Part shown: one piece after another, positions 17,493 through 25,682 of the stretch
How the letters are laid out: each line of letters starts with the position of its first letter
Position numbering within the stretch: the stretch's first letter is position 1
The notes under the pieces: generated by a model
Database searches by the model: none
The model's input: the letters and a program-made list of their open reading frames with translations, nothing else
What the model was told of the DNA's origin: nothing
Program-made: the position numbers and the translations under genes
Virus record (IMG/VR): IMGVR_UViG_3300027852_000121
Length of the DNA stretch: 33,869 nucleotides
Reading direction: 5' to 3' (one strand)
Source: a virus

Positions 17493-18654
17493 GAATGAAG
17501 TACACATTTTTAGGAATGAAGTAGATAAACACTCCGCTTTTCAGCCTATTGATATTAGACCTAGGTTCGGTCAGGATTGGGTATTAAATGGGGTTAATAA
17601 TTGTAATTTTAAAACCTATCGAGACGCCTACGACGACTCTCCTACAAACCAATCTATTATTAACGCTTTTGTTAATTACATTTACGGAGAGGGTTTAATA
17701 GATACCTCCCAGGATCCAAAAGATTTAACGATATATATTTCTGACGAGGACGTTTTATTAATGGTACAAGATTATAAAACGTACGGAGGCTACGCCGGTC
17801 AGGTAGTTTGGGACTCTAACGAGCTCGATAAAAAGCCTTTAAAAATTGAGTATATGCCTATCTATAAATTAGGCGTAAATTACATTTATGAAACAGCCGT
17901 AATAGACGGATACTGGTATAGTTGGGACTGGACTAGACGTTTTACCTATAGACCGAAATTATATCCAGTATTTACAGGAACTTATAAAGGAAACGATTTA
18001 GAGCTGTTAGTTGTTAGACGACCTACAGCGGAGCCGTTTTTTCCTATACCGGATTATTTATCGGGTATACCATGGGCTCAGGTAGAGGGACAGTTAGGTA
18101 ATGCCGGTAAAAATCACTTTTTAAATGCTATGTCGGATATAACTGTAGTTAACTATAATCAGGGTAGACAAGAAACCCCGGAGTTAGCTAGACAGGAGGC
18201 GGCTAAAGTTAGAGGTAAAGTAGTCGGTACGGAAAACCAAAGCGCGGTTATAGTTTCTTTTAATGATAGCGCGGACGAGGCTGTAGTCGTTGATAAAGTA
18301 TCTCCTCCGGAGTTGAACCAACAAAATGTATTTTACTCAGAGGAGGCAGAGCGTAAATTAATCGTAGCTCATTCTGCGCCGCCTATATTATTTAGCGGAT
18401 CTAACGCCGGGAACGGATTTAGCTCTAACGCGGACGAGATTAAAGTAGCTACTAACTCTTTATATAGACGACATATAAACCCTAACAGGAATGTAATTTT
18501 AAAGGGTTTAAATTCTGTATTTAGTTTAATAGATAGTAGTATTAAATTAGACTTTGCAGATTTTGAGGAGGAGGATTTAGAAAATAAAGAGGAGGAGGTC
18601 GTAGAGATTACTCCGGAGCAAAAGTTTAATTTTTTCCAAAAAATGTTTAAATAA
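17479..18654 (+). CDS. Portal protein (candidate)
   Basis: The pattern KLIVAHSAPPILFSG...NADEIKVATNSLYRRHINPNRNVI resembles the conserved portal-family segment. The N-terminal region has INAFVNYIYGEGL. The C-terminus is acidic (DFADFEEEDLENKEEE). Confidence 0.55.
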   Translation: MDTNKNEVHIFRNEVDKHSAFQPIDIRPRFGQDWVLNGVNNCNFKTYRDAYDDSPTNQSIINAFVNYIYGEGLIDTSQDPKDLTIYISDEDVLLMVQDYKTYGGYAGQVVWDSNELDKKPLKIEYMPIYKLGVNYIYETAVIDGYWYSWDWTRRFTYRPKLYPVFTGTYKGNDLELLVVRRPTAEPFFPIPDYLSGIPWAQVEGQLGNAGKNHFLNAMSDITVVNYNQGRQETPELARQEAAKVRGKVVGTENQSAVIVSFNDSADEAVVVDKVSPPELNQQNVFYSEEAERKLIVAHSAPPILFSGSNAGNGFSSNADEIKVATNSLYRRHINPNRNVILKGLNSVFSLIDSSIKLDFADFEEEDLENKEEEVVEITPEQKFNFFQKMFK

Positions 18655-19133
18655 TGATTACTTTACTTTTAAACGAAAACGATATACCGTCTCTAACTGC
18701 TTTTAGCGGTAACATAGACGCGGATAGTCTCAAACCTCACATTTATACAGCTCAGACTAACGATATTAAGCGTATTTTAGGAGCTGCCTTATACGATAAA
18801 ATAGTCGCGGATTATAAATCGGATAGTTTAGCCGGAAATTATAAAACAATTTACGAGGATTACGTCGTAAATATGCTAGTCTATTTCTCCTGTACTTACT
18901 ATATGAGTTTCGGAGGATATAAAACTACTAATAACGGTATACATAAACCTACTTTCGACGGCGGACAGACCGTAGATTATAAAGAGGTTAATAATTTAAT
19001 AGGTCGTTATAGACAATTAGCTAATAATTTAGAGCTACAGTTTTACGACTATATGAAAACTGTAGAGGTGCCGGAGTACACTCGTACCCAAACAGACGAG
19101 AATAATAATAATCCTGTAATACCTTGGTATTAA
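18654..19133 (+). CDS. Hypothetical protein (159 aa; head-tail connector region)
   Basis: ORF track. Its ATG overlaps the portal stop (TAATG). Confidence 0.45.
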   Translation: MITLLLNENDIPSLTAFSGNIDADSLKPHIYTAQTNDIKRILGAALYDKIVADYKSDSLAGNYKTIYEDYVVNMLVYFSCTYYMSFGGYKTTNNGIHKPTFDGGQTVDYKEVNNLIGRYRQLANNLELQFYDYMKTVEVPEYTRTQTDENNNNPVIPWY

Positions 19134-19144
19134 AATTTTAATAT

Positions 19145-22100
19145 ATGGCTCAAAAATTTATTAATACTTCAACGCCTAACGACGGGTTAGGGGACGCTTT
19201 AAGAGACGCATTTAACGACACTAACGCAAACTTTACGGAGCTTTACTCTATTAAAGTAGATAAAGTACCGGGACAGGGTTTATCTGACAATAATTTAACG
19301 GACGAGCTCGTCGCTAAGATATTGAGTAATGAAGAAAACGCTCAGGAAAATATACAAAGCGATTGGTTACAAAATGACAATACAGAGGACGACTATATTA
19401 AAAATAAACCTACGTCCGTAGATTTTGATATTAATTACCCTGTAATGTTGTCTTTTGATTTTCCGAAAAATAATAAAAATGTTATTAACGGACTGCATGG
19501 GTCTTTATTAATTAATAACTCAGAGGACGGTATAGTATTAAATCCTACTACAGATATAACCGGAGACGGAGGAGTATCTAAGGTATTAGCGGCTGTTTTA
19601 GCCGGGACTGACGTAACAGGGAGCTTTACTATTACTGGGACGTCTGTAGACAGAGAGACAGGCGTAGAAACTGTAGGAGATAGCGAGGTAGTAGCTGTAG
19701 ACGGTTTGTCTACAGGGAGTACGACTCCAGACGCTAACGGAAACCCGGTTTATAGTTATGATAATACCTATATCTCGTCTAAATGGTGGAAAGGTACGCT
19801 AGTATTTTCTACTACTGATTTAGATATAACGGAGGTACGTTTTGCTCAGATAGCTTTTGAACAGTTTAACGATAGCGATTTAATAAATATAGAGACTCTA
19901 GACGCTACCTATATAATAGATAATAACGACGCCGAGTTAGACGCTTATTTATACGCTGTAGAAGTTGACGAGGATAATAAATGTAGCGTTAGCGTAATAT
20001 CTGAGCTGCATCATGAAAGCGGATTACTAGCAGATAATAGCTATAGACGCCGTAAAGGAGGTATTAATAAAGTATTAAACGGAAACCGTAGCGGAGTTTT
20101 TGTCGATTTATTCATGGCTCCGTTAACTAAAGAGTACTTTACGAGCTTTGTTTTAAAAGTTTGGGGTACTGTAGCGAGCACAGGACAGGTCTATATTAAT
20201 AATACGTCTAATACTGATACGATTACATACGGAGAAACTTTAGCCGCTGGAGATATTGTTTATTTAGCTCCTAACGGTAAATATTATAAAGCAGATAATA
20301 CAGACGTATCTACGTCTACTACTCAAATAAGACTAATTTTAGAGGGAGGTCTAGCCGACGACTCTAAGACGGCTTTAGTAAAAGGTAAATATTCAGTAAC
20401 AGGATTAACAGCCGGTAACGAATATCTAGGAATTAACGGAGGTATAACCTCGACTCCTCCTACAGGAGCGTCCGAGGTTGTTAGAATTTTATCGACAGCT
20501 ATATCCACTAACGAGAGGTATTTTAATCCGGACGTTACCTGGATCTCAGGAGACGGAGCTATAATTAACGGAGTAAACGTTAGTCCGGAGTCAGACGTAA
20601 CACTCTCCGACGCTTGGAGCGTAGGAGGTTTAGACGTTAGAGCCTACGCTACTAACGCTCCTATATTAGATCAGTTTTATACTGGGGCAGCTCAAACTAT
20701 AACAGTGAATCCGGCTCCTACGACTGTAGATTACCTCAGATACATAGCTATAGTTATGGACGTTAACGGTATTATTACCGCTCAGGACGGAGCAGAGGGT
20801 ACGGCTGTTTTACCTCCGGCGGTAGATTTGGATAACTATTACTTAATTAGGTATTTATTAATTTCTTACGGAGATACAGAGCCAACAGACGAGGACGGAA
20901 ACCCTACGACTACGTATAATATACTTTATGACGAAAACGGAACGGAAGCCGGAGGAGAGAGTAACGTGACTGTAAATAATGCAGCGATAACCATAAACGA
21001 GCCGGCGTCTCCATTTGGAGGAGTAGGTATCCGCGGTATAAATGTACCGAGATACGGCGCGTATATGTATTTTACATATACTACTAAAAAATTATTTTCA
21101 GCTCTTACAGGATTACGATTTAATTTTAAATTAGATACAGCAAACCGTAGAAATAGAATTTATATTTATTTTTATAACGGTACTGTTAGAGTCGGTAAAG
21201 TTTTATTAAGAGACGGAGATTACGGTTTTACCCCTAACAGCTCGTTAGGTCAAAGTCTATATATACCTAAAGAAAATTTACAGGTAATTAATACTGAGTT
21301 TGATAGCGTGCGTATGTTTGTTTATACTACCTCCGGAAATATACCGGGGTACTGGGTAGACGACGTAGAGTTAATAAACGCTTACGTATATAACCCTAAT
21401 TTAGGTCAGCCTCAAAAGCAAAGCGATTGGGATCAAACAGACGTCAACGCTGTAGATTATATAAAAAACAAACCGGCTAACGTAGTAGAGTCTGTAGTAG
21501 CCGGGACTAATGTAACCGTAGATAATACAGATCCTAAAAATCCGATAGTAAATAGCTCGGGAGGCGGAGGCGGAGGAGATACGGGGACGTTTACGAGTGC
21601 GGATAATAAATTAATAACAGTAGTTAACGGATTAATTACTACTATAGAGGATATTTCAGATAACGAGGCTTTATTATTTATAAACTCCCCAGTACCTAAT
21701 ACAGAGGTAAATAGTGGGGATGCTCTTAATATTAATGTAACGGCGGAGGAGGCTACGGCGGTATTATTAGAATATAAAAACATTTCCGGAGCTTGGGTTA
21801 CTATAGGTAGCGCGGCTAACTCAGGTAATAGTATATGGATTTTTAATAATTGGAGTCCTACCGTAGCGGCTTTATCTCTAAGAGCTACAGCTACTTACTC
21901 AGACTTAACAACTAAAGCAGTAGAAAATAGTTTATTATCGGTTATATTGTATGATACTTTTACAGACACTAACGGAACATTACTAGCTAATCACACCCCC
22001 GACTTACAGCTCGGGGCTAATTGGAACATAGTTAGCGGAGACTGGGAGATACAAAGTAATGAGTTACAAATAAATACGGCGGACACTAATTTACATTTTG

Positions 22101-23368
22101 CGTATGTTGATATAGGGCAGCCTAATACTATATTAAGTTTTGTTATAAACTCTTTCGACTCTAGTAATACTACTCAATTTATTTTAAGATATACAGATGA
22201 CTCTAATCATATTTTATTCTTGATAAATCAAGACGGTAAAATAACTATAGGTAAAAGAGTAGGGGGAGTTTTTACCTCTTATTATGTAGGTAGTAACGGA
22301 GATTATACTCCGGGGCTAACTTGCGAGATTAGGTTAATAGATAATACGTTAAATGTTGTTATAAATAACTTACCTATACCTACTATAGACGTTTCCGATT
22401 TTGCTACAGGAAATAAACATGGAGTAGCTAGGGGAGGGGCTAATATTACGCCTCACATAGATAATTTTAAAATTATACCTATAGGTTTACAGCCTATAAA
22501 TAACGATGTTAGCTATACAGCGACGAAAAACGGGACTTTGATTTTATCTAAGAACTTTATGCCTCCAACAGATCAAAACGGTATAGCCGGACATGATATT
22601 TATACTATAGGTACTACTAATTACATGGTATTCGCTGCTAGAGATAGTAGTAATAATTTTGTAGGTTTAACTTACGCAACGTCTCCTACTAACGACCCTC
22701 ATAATTGGACTAGGTATAACGGGTTAATATTAACAGGAGGTTCGGAGAGTATAGCGGACTGCTCTACATACTGGGACGGTAGCGAGATTTACGTAGTTTA
22801 TAGCGATAGGTTTACGGGTAATATACATTATGCTAAAGGGTCAGATTTATTAAACTTAACTAAACAAGGGGTAATATTAGCGGCTAGCGGTGGTACTTAT
22901 TATAGGCATCCGGCTTTATTAGTTGAAAACGGGGTATTTTATCTCTATTTAGATGTTAGATACTTTCAGGCTGCCGGGGAGTTTGGAGTAATTGGATTAT
23001 TTAGCGGAAATTCTTTAAATACTTTAGGGAATTATAAAGAGGTTTTATCTAATTTAGGTTATGATTTTGAACAATGCGACGTCGGAGCTCCGGCTATTAG
23101 ATATAATTCTGTAAATGAATATTATGAGCTTTTATTTGTAGGGTATCCGGGAGGCGGAGTCCCTTATATACATGAGATAGGTTTAGCTATATCTAAAAAT
23201 CCTTTAGGGAAATTTGAAAGGGTATCTACAGTACCTTTAATAGCTAACGGAGGCTCCGGGGCTATAGATGAAATTTTCGCTATAGATCCAACATGGTTGC
23301 CTAATACAGATATAGTATACTATACAGCGGACGCGTACGACGGCTTTACATACGCTACATTAACGTAA
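19145..23368 (+). CDS. Tail fibre / receptor-binding protein, 1407 aa, multidomain
   Basis: The N-terminus TPNDGLGDALRDAFNDTNANFTELY is typical of phage fibre N-termini. The motif QSDW.Q.D....DYIKNKP occurs twice (nt 19355..19414 and 21418..21477). There is a Gly6 linker, then a ConA/LamG-like segment (GDWEIQSNELQ...), then a C-terminal propeller-like segment. Confidence 0.7.
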   Translation: MAQKFINTSTPNDGLGDALRDAFNDTNANFTELYSIKVDKVPGQGLSDNNLTDELVAKILSNEENAQENIQSDWLQNDNTEDDYIKNKPTSVDFDINYPVMLSFDFPKNNKNVINGLHGSLLINNSEDGIVLNPTTDITGDGGVSKVLAAVLAGTDVTGSFTITGTSVDRETGVETVGDSEVVAVDGLSTGSTTPDANGNPVYSYDNTYISSKWWKGTLVFSTTDLDITEVRFAQIAFEQFNDSDLINIETLDATYIIDNNDAELDAYLYAVEVDEDNKCSVSVISELHHESGLLADNSYRRRKGGINKVLNGNRSGVFVDLFMAPLTKEYFTSFVLKVWGTVASTGQVYINNTSNTDTITYGETLAAGDIVYLAPNGKYYKADNTDVSTSTTQIRLILEGGLADDSKTALVKGKYSVTGLTAGNEYLGINGGITSTPPTGASEVVRILSTAISTNERYFNPDVTWISGDGAIINGVNVSPESDVTLSDAWSVGGLDVRAYATNAPILDQFYTGAAQTITVNPAPTTVDYLRYIAIVMDVNGIITAQDGAEGTAVLPPAVDLDNYYLIRYLLISYGDTEPTDEDGNPTTTYNILYDENGTEAGGESNVTVNNAAITINEPASPFGGVGIRGINVPRYGAYMYFTYTTKKLFSALTGLRFNFKLDTANRRNRIYIYFYNGTVRVGKVLLRDGDYGFTPNSSLGQSLYIPKENLQVINTEFDSVRMFVYTTSGNIPGYWVDDVELINAYVYNPNLGQPQKQSDWDQTDVNAVDYIKNKPANVVESVVAGTNVTVDNTDPKNPIVNSSGGGGGGDTGTFTSADNKLITVVNGLITTIEDISDNEALLFINSPVPNTEVNSGDALNINVTAEEATAVLLEYKNISGAWVTIGSAANSGNSIWIFNNWSPTVAALSLRATATYSDLTTKAVENSLLSVILYDTFTDTNGTLLANHTPDLQLGANWNIVSGDWEIQSNELQINTADTNLHFAYVDIGQPNTILSFVINSFDSSNTTQFILRYTDDSNHILFLINQDGKITIGKRVGGVFTSYYVGSNGDYTPGLTCEIRLIDNTLNVVINNLPIPTIDVSDFATGNKHGVARGGANITPHIDNFKIIPIGLQPINNDVSYTATKNGTLILSKNFMPPTDQNGIAGHDIYTIGTTNYMVFAARDSSNNFVGLTYATSPTNDPHNWTRYNGLILTGGSESIADCSTYWDGSEIYVVYSDRFTGNIHYAKGSDLLNLTKQGVILAASGGTYYRHPALLVENGVFYLYLDVRYFQAAGEFGVIGLFSGNSLNTLGNYKEVLSNLGYDFEQCDVGAPAIRYNSVNEYYELLFVGYPGGGVPYIHEIGLAISKNPLGKFERVSTVPLIANGGSGAIDEIFAIDPTWLPNTDIVYYTADAYDGFTYATLT

Positions 23369-23439
23369 AAAAGTAAGGAGAAACCGTAAATTTTAAGGAG
23401 TTTCATTTTCGTATCAAAAAAAATGACTATTTTTATATT

Positions 23440-23652
23440 ATGATTAAAAACATTAAAAAAGGTATAATTACTACAATACTAGGTATTATACTAATCGCCT
23501 CCGGTATTTTTTATTTACTATTTCCATTAATTAAAAATATGAGTTACGATATATCCTCTACAGCCCTAACTATTTTATTTGTTTTCGGCGTAGGATTATT
23601 AGTAGCTCCTGATAATTTGTTAACTATTATTAAAGATAAAATAAAAATTTAA
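23440..23652 (+). CDS. Holin candidate (70 aa, two TM segments)
   Basis: TM segments GIITTILGIILIASGIFYLLFPLI and ALTILFVFGVGLLVAP with a charged C-terminus. It lies just upstream of the endolysin-like gene. Confidence 0.45.
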   Translation: MIKNIKKGIITTILGIILIASGIFYLLFPLIKNMSYDISSTALTILFVFGVGLLVAPDNLLTIIKDKIKI

Positions 23653-23662
23653 TCCTCACATT

Positions 23663-23989
23663 ATGACCGTAGCCGCAAAAAATAATTTAAAGATATTCGC
23701 TCCTTATTTAGCGTTTTTACCCGTTGTCTATATGCTTGTAGCTTGGGGACGTTTTATCGAAAAAAGCGAGTCCCGTATGTTTAAGGACGCGCACCAAAAA
23801 GAGGAGGTTATATCTCATACTACAAAAGGTACGGACGCTTATTTAAACGTACACATGGAGCTCGATAAAAAGGATAACCGCTACGTTAAAAAAGGAGAGT
23901 TAAAAAACCTACAGGAGGACGTAACGGAAACTAAAGACGCTGTTAAAATAATTCAAAAAGATATTAAAGAAATTCTAAAAAATCAGTAA
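23663..23989 (+). CDS. Membrane-anchored coiled-coil protein (lysis-associated candidate)
   Basis: One TM segment (IFAPYLAFLPVVYMLVAWG) plus a charged helical tail. It sits between the holin candidate and the endolysin candidate. Confidence 0.35.
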   Translation: MTVAAKNNLKIFAPYLAFLPVVYMLVAWGRFIEKSESRMFKDAHQKEEVISHTTKGTDAYLNVHMELDKKDNRYVKKGELKNLQEDVTETKDAVKIIQKDIKEILKNQ

Positions 23990-24423
23990 TGTATAAAACT
24001 GAATTTTTTACTTTGTCCGAATTAGCGCACCCTCAAATTATAAAGGATATAGGAGAGGTTAATACTTGGAGACGTTTAGACGCTGAGGTTTTAAAAGACT
24101 TAGATTATATCCGGGAGGAGTGGTATTTTTTACATAGATCCGGAGTTTATTGTAACCGTTTAAATCTAGGTATTGACTCTAGAGGTTTACGACCTCCTAA
24201 CGACGAGGACGGCTCGTTTTACTCTACTCACAAAGAGGGAGGTACTTTCGATTTAGAGCCTGTAAACGGAAAACATAGAGCTTTTTACGAATTTGTAAAA
24301 GGTTTAATATCCTCAGGAAAATTAAAAGCTCTTAATACTTTAGAGAATTTCGAGGATACTTTAAAATGGACTCATACCTCTAAAATGAATACAGGAGAGC
24401 GACCTTTAATTATTAATTTATGA
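23989..24423 (+). CDS. Peptidase M15-like endolysin (candidate)
   Basis: DSRGLRPPNDEDGSFYSTHKEGGTFDL contains the H-x6-D zinc motif, with a later His in KWTHTS. FTLSELAHP and LDYIREEW match the M15A N-terminal pattern. Confidence 0.6.
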   Translation: MYKTEFFTLSELAHPQIIKDIGEVNTWRRLDAEVLKDLDYIREEWYFLHRSGVYCNRLNLGIDSRGLRPPNDEDGSFYSTHKEGGTFDLEPVNGKHRAFYEFVKGLISSGKLKALNTLENFEDTLKWTHTSKMNTGERPLIINL

Positions 24424-24779
24424 TTTTAAAATATTGGAGTAAGCAAACAGGAAAGGAAAAACTATTTTTAATTATAATAGCTGGACTCCTTTTTTTTGGT
24501 ATTTATACTTATATTAAATACGAGATAGCAAACCACAAATTAATAAAGACTCAAAAGGAGCAGCTCGTAGTATACAAGGATAGCCTAGAGATAACTAAAA
24601 AAATGTTACTAGATAACATAGCCTCAGGAAAAAAAGCGAATAAAGACGCTAAAACGAGCTCTCATAAAATTAATAATAAATTAAAAAATGATACTCAAAA
24701 AATTAATAATACTCCTGTTACTGATTTGGAGCTTTCCGAGTTTCTCGCAGAGTACGAAAAAAAAGCTGCTAGTAAGTAA
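24420..24779 (+). CDS. i-spanin-like protein (N-terminal TM plus coiled coil)
   Basis: TM segment LFLIIIAGLLFFGIYTYI followed by a K/E/N-rich helical region. Its ATG overlaps the endolysin stop (ATGA). Confidence 0.4.
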   Translation: MILKYWSKQTGKEKLFLIIIAGLLFFGIYTYIKYEIANHKLIKTQKEQLVVYKDSLEITKKMLLDNIASGKKANKDAKTSSHKINNKLKNDTQKINNTPVTDLELSEFLAEYEKKAASK

Positions 24780-25059
24780 AGAGGCTTTAGTTTTAATCAA
24801 AAAAGATTTAAGGATTTGCGATAGTTTAGCCGTCGCTTACGAGGCTCAAAAAAAAACGCTCTTATCTTTAGTGGACAGGAACGTAATTTTATTTAATAAA
24901 ATTGAGGAAAATAATAAAAAATCTGAATTTTGGCAAAGTCAAATAAAAAAACAGGAGGACGAGATAGTAAAACTTCAAAAGCGGAAAAAAGACCGTCTTT
25001 TATGGTTAGGAGTTGGCGTCTTTACTGGATTGGTTACAGGCGTAGTCATATCTAACTAA
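24688..25059 (+). CDS. Signal-peptide plus C-terminal-TM coiled-coil protein (spanin-like, u-spanin topology without lipobox)
   Basis: It starts 92 nt inside the previous ORF in another frame. It has an N-terminal signal MILKKLIILLLLIWSFPSFSQ, a central coiled coil, and a C-terminal TM LLWLGVGVFTGLVTGVVISN. There is no Cys at the signal end. Confidence 0.4.
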   Translation: MILKKLIILLLLIWSFPSFSQSTKKKLLVSKEALVLIKKDLRICDSLAVAYEAQKKTLLSLVDRNVILFNKIEENNKKSEFWQSQIKKQEDEIVKLQKRKKDRLLWLGVGVFTGLVTGVVISN

Positions 25060-25196
25060 TATTTTATATCTAAATCAAAAGTATTCTTTAATAACTCTAT
25101 AGCCGGATTTTTCTCTTTTAATCTATTGTACTGCTCGGTTACTGTACGGGGTTTATCCTTTATTTTAAAACTTATTCTATTTTTTTTAATTGTCAT
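25056..25196 (-). CDS. Small hypothetical protein (46 aa), below the ORF-track cut-off
   Basis: Hand translation of the minus strand gives MTIKKNRISFKIKDKPRTVTEQYNRLKEKNPAIELLKNTFDLDIKY*. The ATG overlaps the 3' end of 25186..25671, and the ORF fills the convergent gap exactly. Confidence 0.3.
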   Translation of the reverse strand: MTIKKNRISFKIKDKPRTVTEQYNRLKEKNPAIELLKNTFDLDIKY

Positions 25197-25671
25197 AGCC
25201 CCAGTAATAAATTAAACCTCCGTAGGCTGAGTCCCTCCATATTTGGGAGACGTCCGTAGCCCTCTCTCTAGTAGCTTGTACTGATAGTTTTAAATGATTG
25301 GTTATTTTGTATGTAACCTCAAAATTAAACGAATAGGATAAAGCAGATACAGCGTATTTTACTGATTTAGGTCTATAGATATGAGAAAACGAGACTCCCG
25401 GTAAAATATCTAAGTTATCTGTTATAGGTATCTCCTGATCTATTTTACAAAAAACCCATTTTGTATATTTAATCTCCGGGAAACGCTCGACCTCGATACC
25501 TAGTCTAGTATATGTCCCGTTATAGTAGTCTGAGAAACTAATTTTATAATTTAAAGCCGGCTCATTTACAGGGGAGCCGTAAATTAAATTACTAAAATCG
25601 ATACGTAACCCTACGTCCTGAGAAAATACGGACGTAGAGATTAATAGTAATATAAATATTATTTTTTTCAT
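25186..25671 (-). CDS. Secreted small beta-barrel-like (outer-membrane?) protein
   Basis: Signal peptide MKKIIFILLLISTSVFSQ. The mature part has alternating hydrophobic/polar runs with aromatic girdles (YKISFSDYY, YSFNFEVTYKI, LIYYWGYDN), as in 8-stranded OmpX/Lom-type barrels. Confidence 0.45.
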   Translation of the reverse strand: MKKIIFILLLISTSVFSQDVGLRIDFSNLIYGSPVNEPALNYKISFSDYYNGTYTRLGIEVERFPEIKYTKWVFCKIDQEIPITDNLDILPGVSFSHIYRPKSVKYAVSALSYSFNFEVTYKITNHLKLSVQATRERATDVSQIWRDSAYGGLIYYWGYDN

Positions 25672-25682
25672 TTTAACAGCTT

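Noticed and set aside
19355-21477. Duplicated DYIKNKP motif as the template/variable repeat pair of a diversity-generating retroelement
   Set aside because: No reverse transcriptase is encoded anywhere in the genome. The two copies differ at many positions, not only at adenines. The repeat is only about 60 nt long.
21560-21577. GGAGGC GGAGGC GGAGGA mini-repeat as a slippage or phase-variation site
   Set aside because: It has only about three hexamer units, and a change in unit number would stay in frame (it encodes a Gly6 linker). It is better explained as a flexible hinge.
21508-21741. Two isolated copies of the iteron motif TAATGTAAC (21508..21517 and 21733..21741) inside the tail-fibre gene
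   Set aside because: Both simply encode Asn-Val-Thr in frame. About one stray copy of a 9-mer is expected by chance in a genome of this size and composition. There is no clustering and no AT-rich core nearby.
23374-23414. Direct repeat TAAGGAG (23374..23380 and 23394..23400) and a 5-bp GAAAC/GTTTC stem after the fibre gene, as Shine-Dalgarno sites or a terminator
   Set aside because: No ATG lies at a suitable distance from either AAGGAG. The stem is only 5 bp with a short T-run, which is too weak to call.
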